Shown one piece after another: positions 62,082 through 64,000 of a DNA stretch of 64,000 nt (positions are counted from its first letter, which is position 1; each line of letters opens with the position of its first letter). The DNA is from an uncultured Acidimicrobiales bacterium (GTDB lineage Bacteria > Actinomycetota > Acidimicrobiia > Acidimicrobiales > CADCSY01). The notes beneath the pieces were generated by a model. The model was given only the letters and a program-made list of their open reading frames with translations. It did no database searches and was not told where the DNA came from. The DNA is taken from the NCBI GenBank assembly GCA_902805555.1, contig CADCSY010000110.1, forward strand, positions 16,807 to 80,806, read 5' to 3'. A program made the position numbers and the translations under genes.

Positions 62082-62108
62082 CAACCGGCCGACGCCGGTC
62101 CGCATTCC
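62082..62108 (-). promoter_or_regulatory. SigH/SigR-type promoter GGAAT-N18-GTTG
   Basis: minus strand GGAAT at 62108-62104, GTT at 62085-62083, 18-nt spacer. Confidence 0.8.
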
Positions 62109-62131
62109 GGTTTTACAACTAAAAACTTCGC

Positions 62132-62389
62132 TCAGTCCGAGGTGGCCGGATCCTTCGCCAGGAGCATGGCGATGCGCTCCTTCAGCGCCTCGGGCACCGT
62201 CTCCCGGCAGTGGTGCGAGATCACCACCCGCAGCTCGGCCTCGAACTCGAACGCCTCCAGGCACGAGTGGCACCCGTCGAGGTGCCCGCTGATCGCCGCA
62301 CGCCGGGCCTCGGTCAGCTCGCCGTCGAGGAACGTGTACAGCTCGCGGATGGCGTCCTGGCAGTCCTCCACTGGCACGTCACTGCTCAA
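62132..62389 (-). CDS. rshA: zinc-binding anti-sigma factor (RshA/RsrA)
   Basis: LYTFLDGEL, HxxxCxxC (HLDGCHSC), VPEALKERI; follows ECF sigma. Confidence 0.9.
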   Translation of the reverse strand: MSSDVPVEDCQDAIRELYTFLDGELTEARRAAISGHLDGCHSCLEAFEFEAELRVVISHHCRETVPEALKERIAMLLAKDPATSD

Positions 62390-62399
62390 CGTGGGCCCG

Positions 62400-63095
62400 T
62401 CACGATTTCTTCCGTCCCCCTGCTCGAGCCGACGGAGGCGTCCGTCCGGCCTGAGGCTGCGGGACCCCGTCGTCCCGGTCGGCCCGCCCGTCCTGCTGGG
62501 GCGAACCGTCCGGCTCGTCGGGGTCGTCCGGGTCGCCGGTGAGGAGGCCCTGGTTCGTGGCGAACTCGAAGAGCGCCTTCTGGAGGTTCTTGCGCCCCCG
62601 GTGCAGGCGGCTCATCACCGTGCCGATCGGGATCTCGAGGATCGAGGCGATCTCCTTGTAGGAGAACCCCTCGACGTCAGCCAGCAGCACCGCCATGCGG
62701 AACTGCTCCGGCAGCGCGTCGACGGCCGCCTTCACCTCGGCCTCCGAGAACAGGTCCATCAGCTCGTCCTCGGCGCTGCGACCCGCACGCGCCTCCTCCA
62801 GCCCGCCGAGGCGGCGGTAGAGGTAGAAGTCCTCGACGTCGTCGAGGTCGGTCTCGTCGGGCCGGCGCTTCGCCGCGCGGTACCGGTTGATGAAGGTGTT
62901 CGTGAGGATCCGGTAGAGCCAGGCCTTCAGGTTCGTGCCCTGCTCGAAGGAGCCGAAGCCGCGGTAGGCCTTGAGGTACGTCTCCTGGACGAGGTCCTCG
63001 GCGTCGGCCGGGTTGCGGGTCATGCGCAGGGCAGCCGAGTAGAGCGACGGCATGAGGTCCATCGCCTGCTCGGTGAACGTCGCCTGATCAGCCAT
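62400..63095 (-). CDS. sigH: ECF sigma factor SigH/SigR
   Basis: [52 protein letters not shown]. Confidence 0.92.
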   Translation of the reverse strand: MADQATFTEQAMDLMPSLYSAALRMTRNPADAEDLVQETYLKAYRGFGSFEQGTNLKAWLYRILTNTFINRYRAAKRRPDETDLDDVEDFYLYRRLGGLEEARAGRSAEDELMDLFSEAEVKAAVDALPEQFRMAVLLADVEGFSYKEIASILEIPIGTVMSRLHRGRKNLQKALFEFATNQGLLTGDPDDPDEPDGSPQQDGRADRDDGVPQPQAGRTPPSARAGGRKKS

Positions 63096-63191
63096 CCGCC
63101 CCCCTTTCTACCGGCCCCTCCCGGCGGAGGTCGCAGCCACGTCGCGACCTGCCCGCGGGTCGGCGAGGCTGGTGCGCGCTGCGATGCGAGC

Positions 63192-64000
63192 TCAGGCCGG
63201 CGGCTCCCCACAGCGGCGGGGATCGCCCCGGTAGACCGCCACCTCCGAGCCGGGACGGGGGAGCGCCGCCACCCGCCGGTACAGCTCCTCCGCGCTCGAC
63301 GACGAAGCTCGAGCTCTTTCGACCGCACGGACACGAGCGTCGCGCTCGGCCAGCGGCAGGGCGCTCGCCCGGCCCACCAGCTCGAGATCGTGGTCGTCGG
63401 CAGACGCTGAGACCTCCTCGTTCACCGTGACGAGCAGGGTGGCAGCTCCGCCGGTGCAGCCGACGCGGTGCCGGCCGTACTTGGCGTCCTGCTCCGGGCC
63501 CACCTCGACCCGTCGTCCCGCCCGCTCGAGCTGGAGCGCCAGGCCGTCGGCGTACGAGTTGGCGCTGAGCGAACCCTCCGCCTGGAGGTGCACGACATCC
63601 ACCTCGTCGTGGAGGTTGGCGCGGACGTCAGCCGCCAGCTCCCCGACGATCCGTGACTCGTCGCCCGTCGGCGTGCCGGCCCGTGCGGCCGCCACCGAGT
63701 TCACGACGAGGAGCACCACGCCGACGACGGCCGACCAGAAGGCGAGTGGTCGGTCCACCCCGGGCCTCACCTCGCCCACCCACCTGGCCGCCGTGGCACC
63801 GACGAGCAGCCACGCCATGAGCCCCACGACCCACGTCCACACGGTCAGGTACGGCAGGAGATCACCGACGACACGGGACACCGACACCACAGCCGTGACA
63901 GCCAGGGCGGCGACCAGCGCCGCGAGCCACGTGATGTCTCGCCAACCACGACGCTTGGCGAGCAGGCCGGAGAGGACTGCGGGGAGCACTGCGACAGGGA
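63192..64000 (-). CDS. membrane protein, 3' part; 5' end outside window
   Basis: several hydrophobic helices followed by a soluble domain; open frame to window edge. Confidence 0.6.
   Translation of the reverse strand, partial: PVAVLPAVLSGLLAKRRGWRDITWLAALVAALAVTAVVSVSRVVGDLLPYLTVWTWVVGLMAWLLVGATAARWVGEVRPGVDRPLAFWSAVVGVVLLVVNSVAAARAGTPTGDESRIVGELAADVRANLHDEVDVVHLQAEGSLSANSYADGLALQLERAGRRVEVGPEQDAKYGRHRVGCTGGAATLLVTVNEEVSASADDHDLELVGRASALPLAERDARVRAVERARASSSSAEELYRRVAALPRPGSEVAVYRGDPRRCGEPPA

Overview
Very GC-rich actinobacterial chromosome segment. Gene content and order suggest class Acidimicrobiia (inference). It is almost all core genome, with about 64 CDS and one tRNA-Thr(TGT), and no CRISPR array, transposase, integrase or phage genes. 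Main blocks are: (i) CoA-disulfide-reductase-like/glnK/glnD/NUDIX; (ii) a LivJHMGF-type ABC transporter; (iii) chdC and groEL with a CIRCE operator; (iv) a gpgS-glxK-otsA-otsB compatible-solute cluster; (v) rlmB-ispDF-crp-disA-radA; (vi) clpC; (vii) the conserved tilS-hpt-ftsH-folE-folP-folB-folK...panC-panD-nadB-nadC-coaX-lysS superoperon; (viii) sigH-rshA. The strongest oddities are a circularly permuted ABC substrate-binding lipoprotein and a Cys-less PTP/DSP-fold protein inserted in the folate operon and coupled to a folB that can only start at a non-canonical (CTG) codon. Also notable are a small zinc-finger-like gene under a perfect SigH/SigR promoter, pervasive leaderless promoters, and REP-like intergenic repeats with compensatory hairpins. 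All family assignments come from motif recognition; no database search was run.
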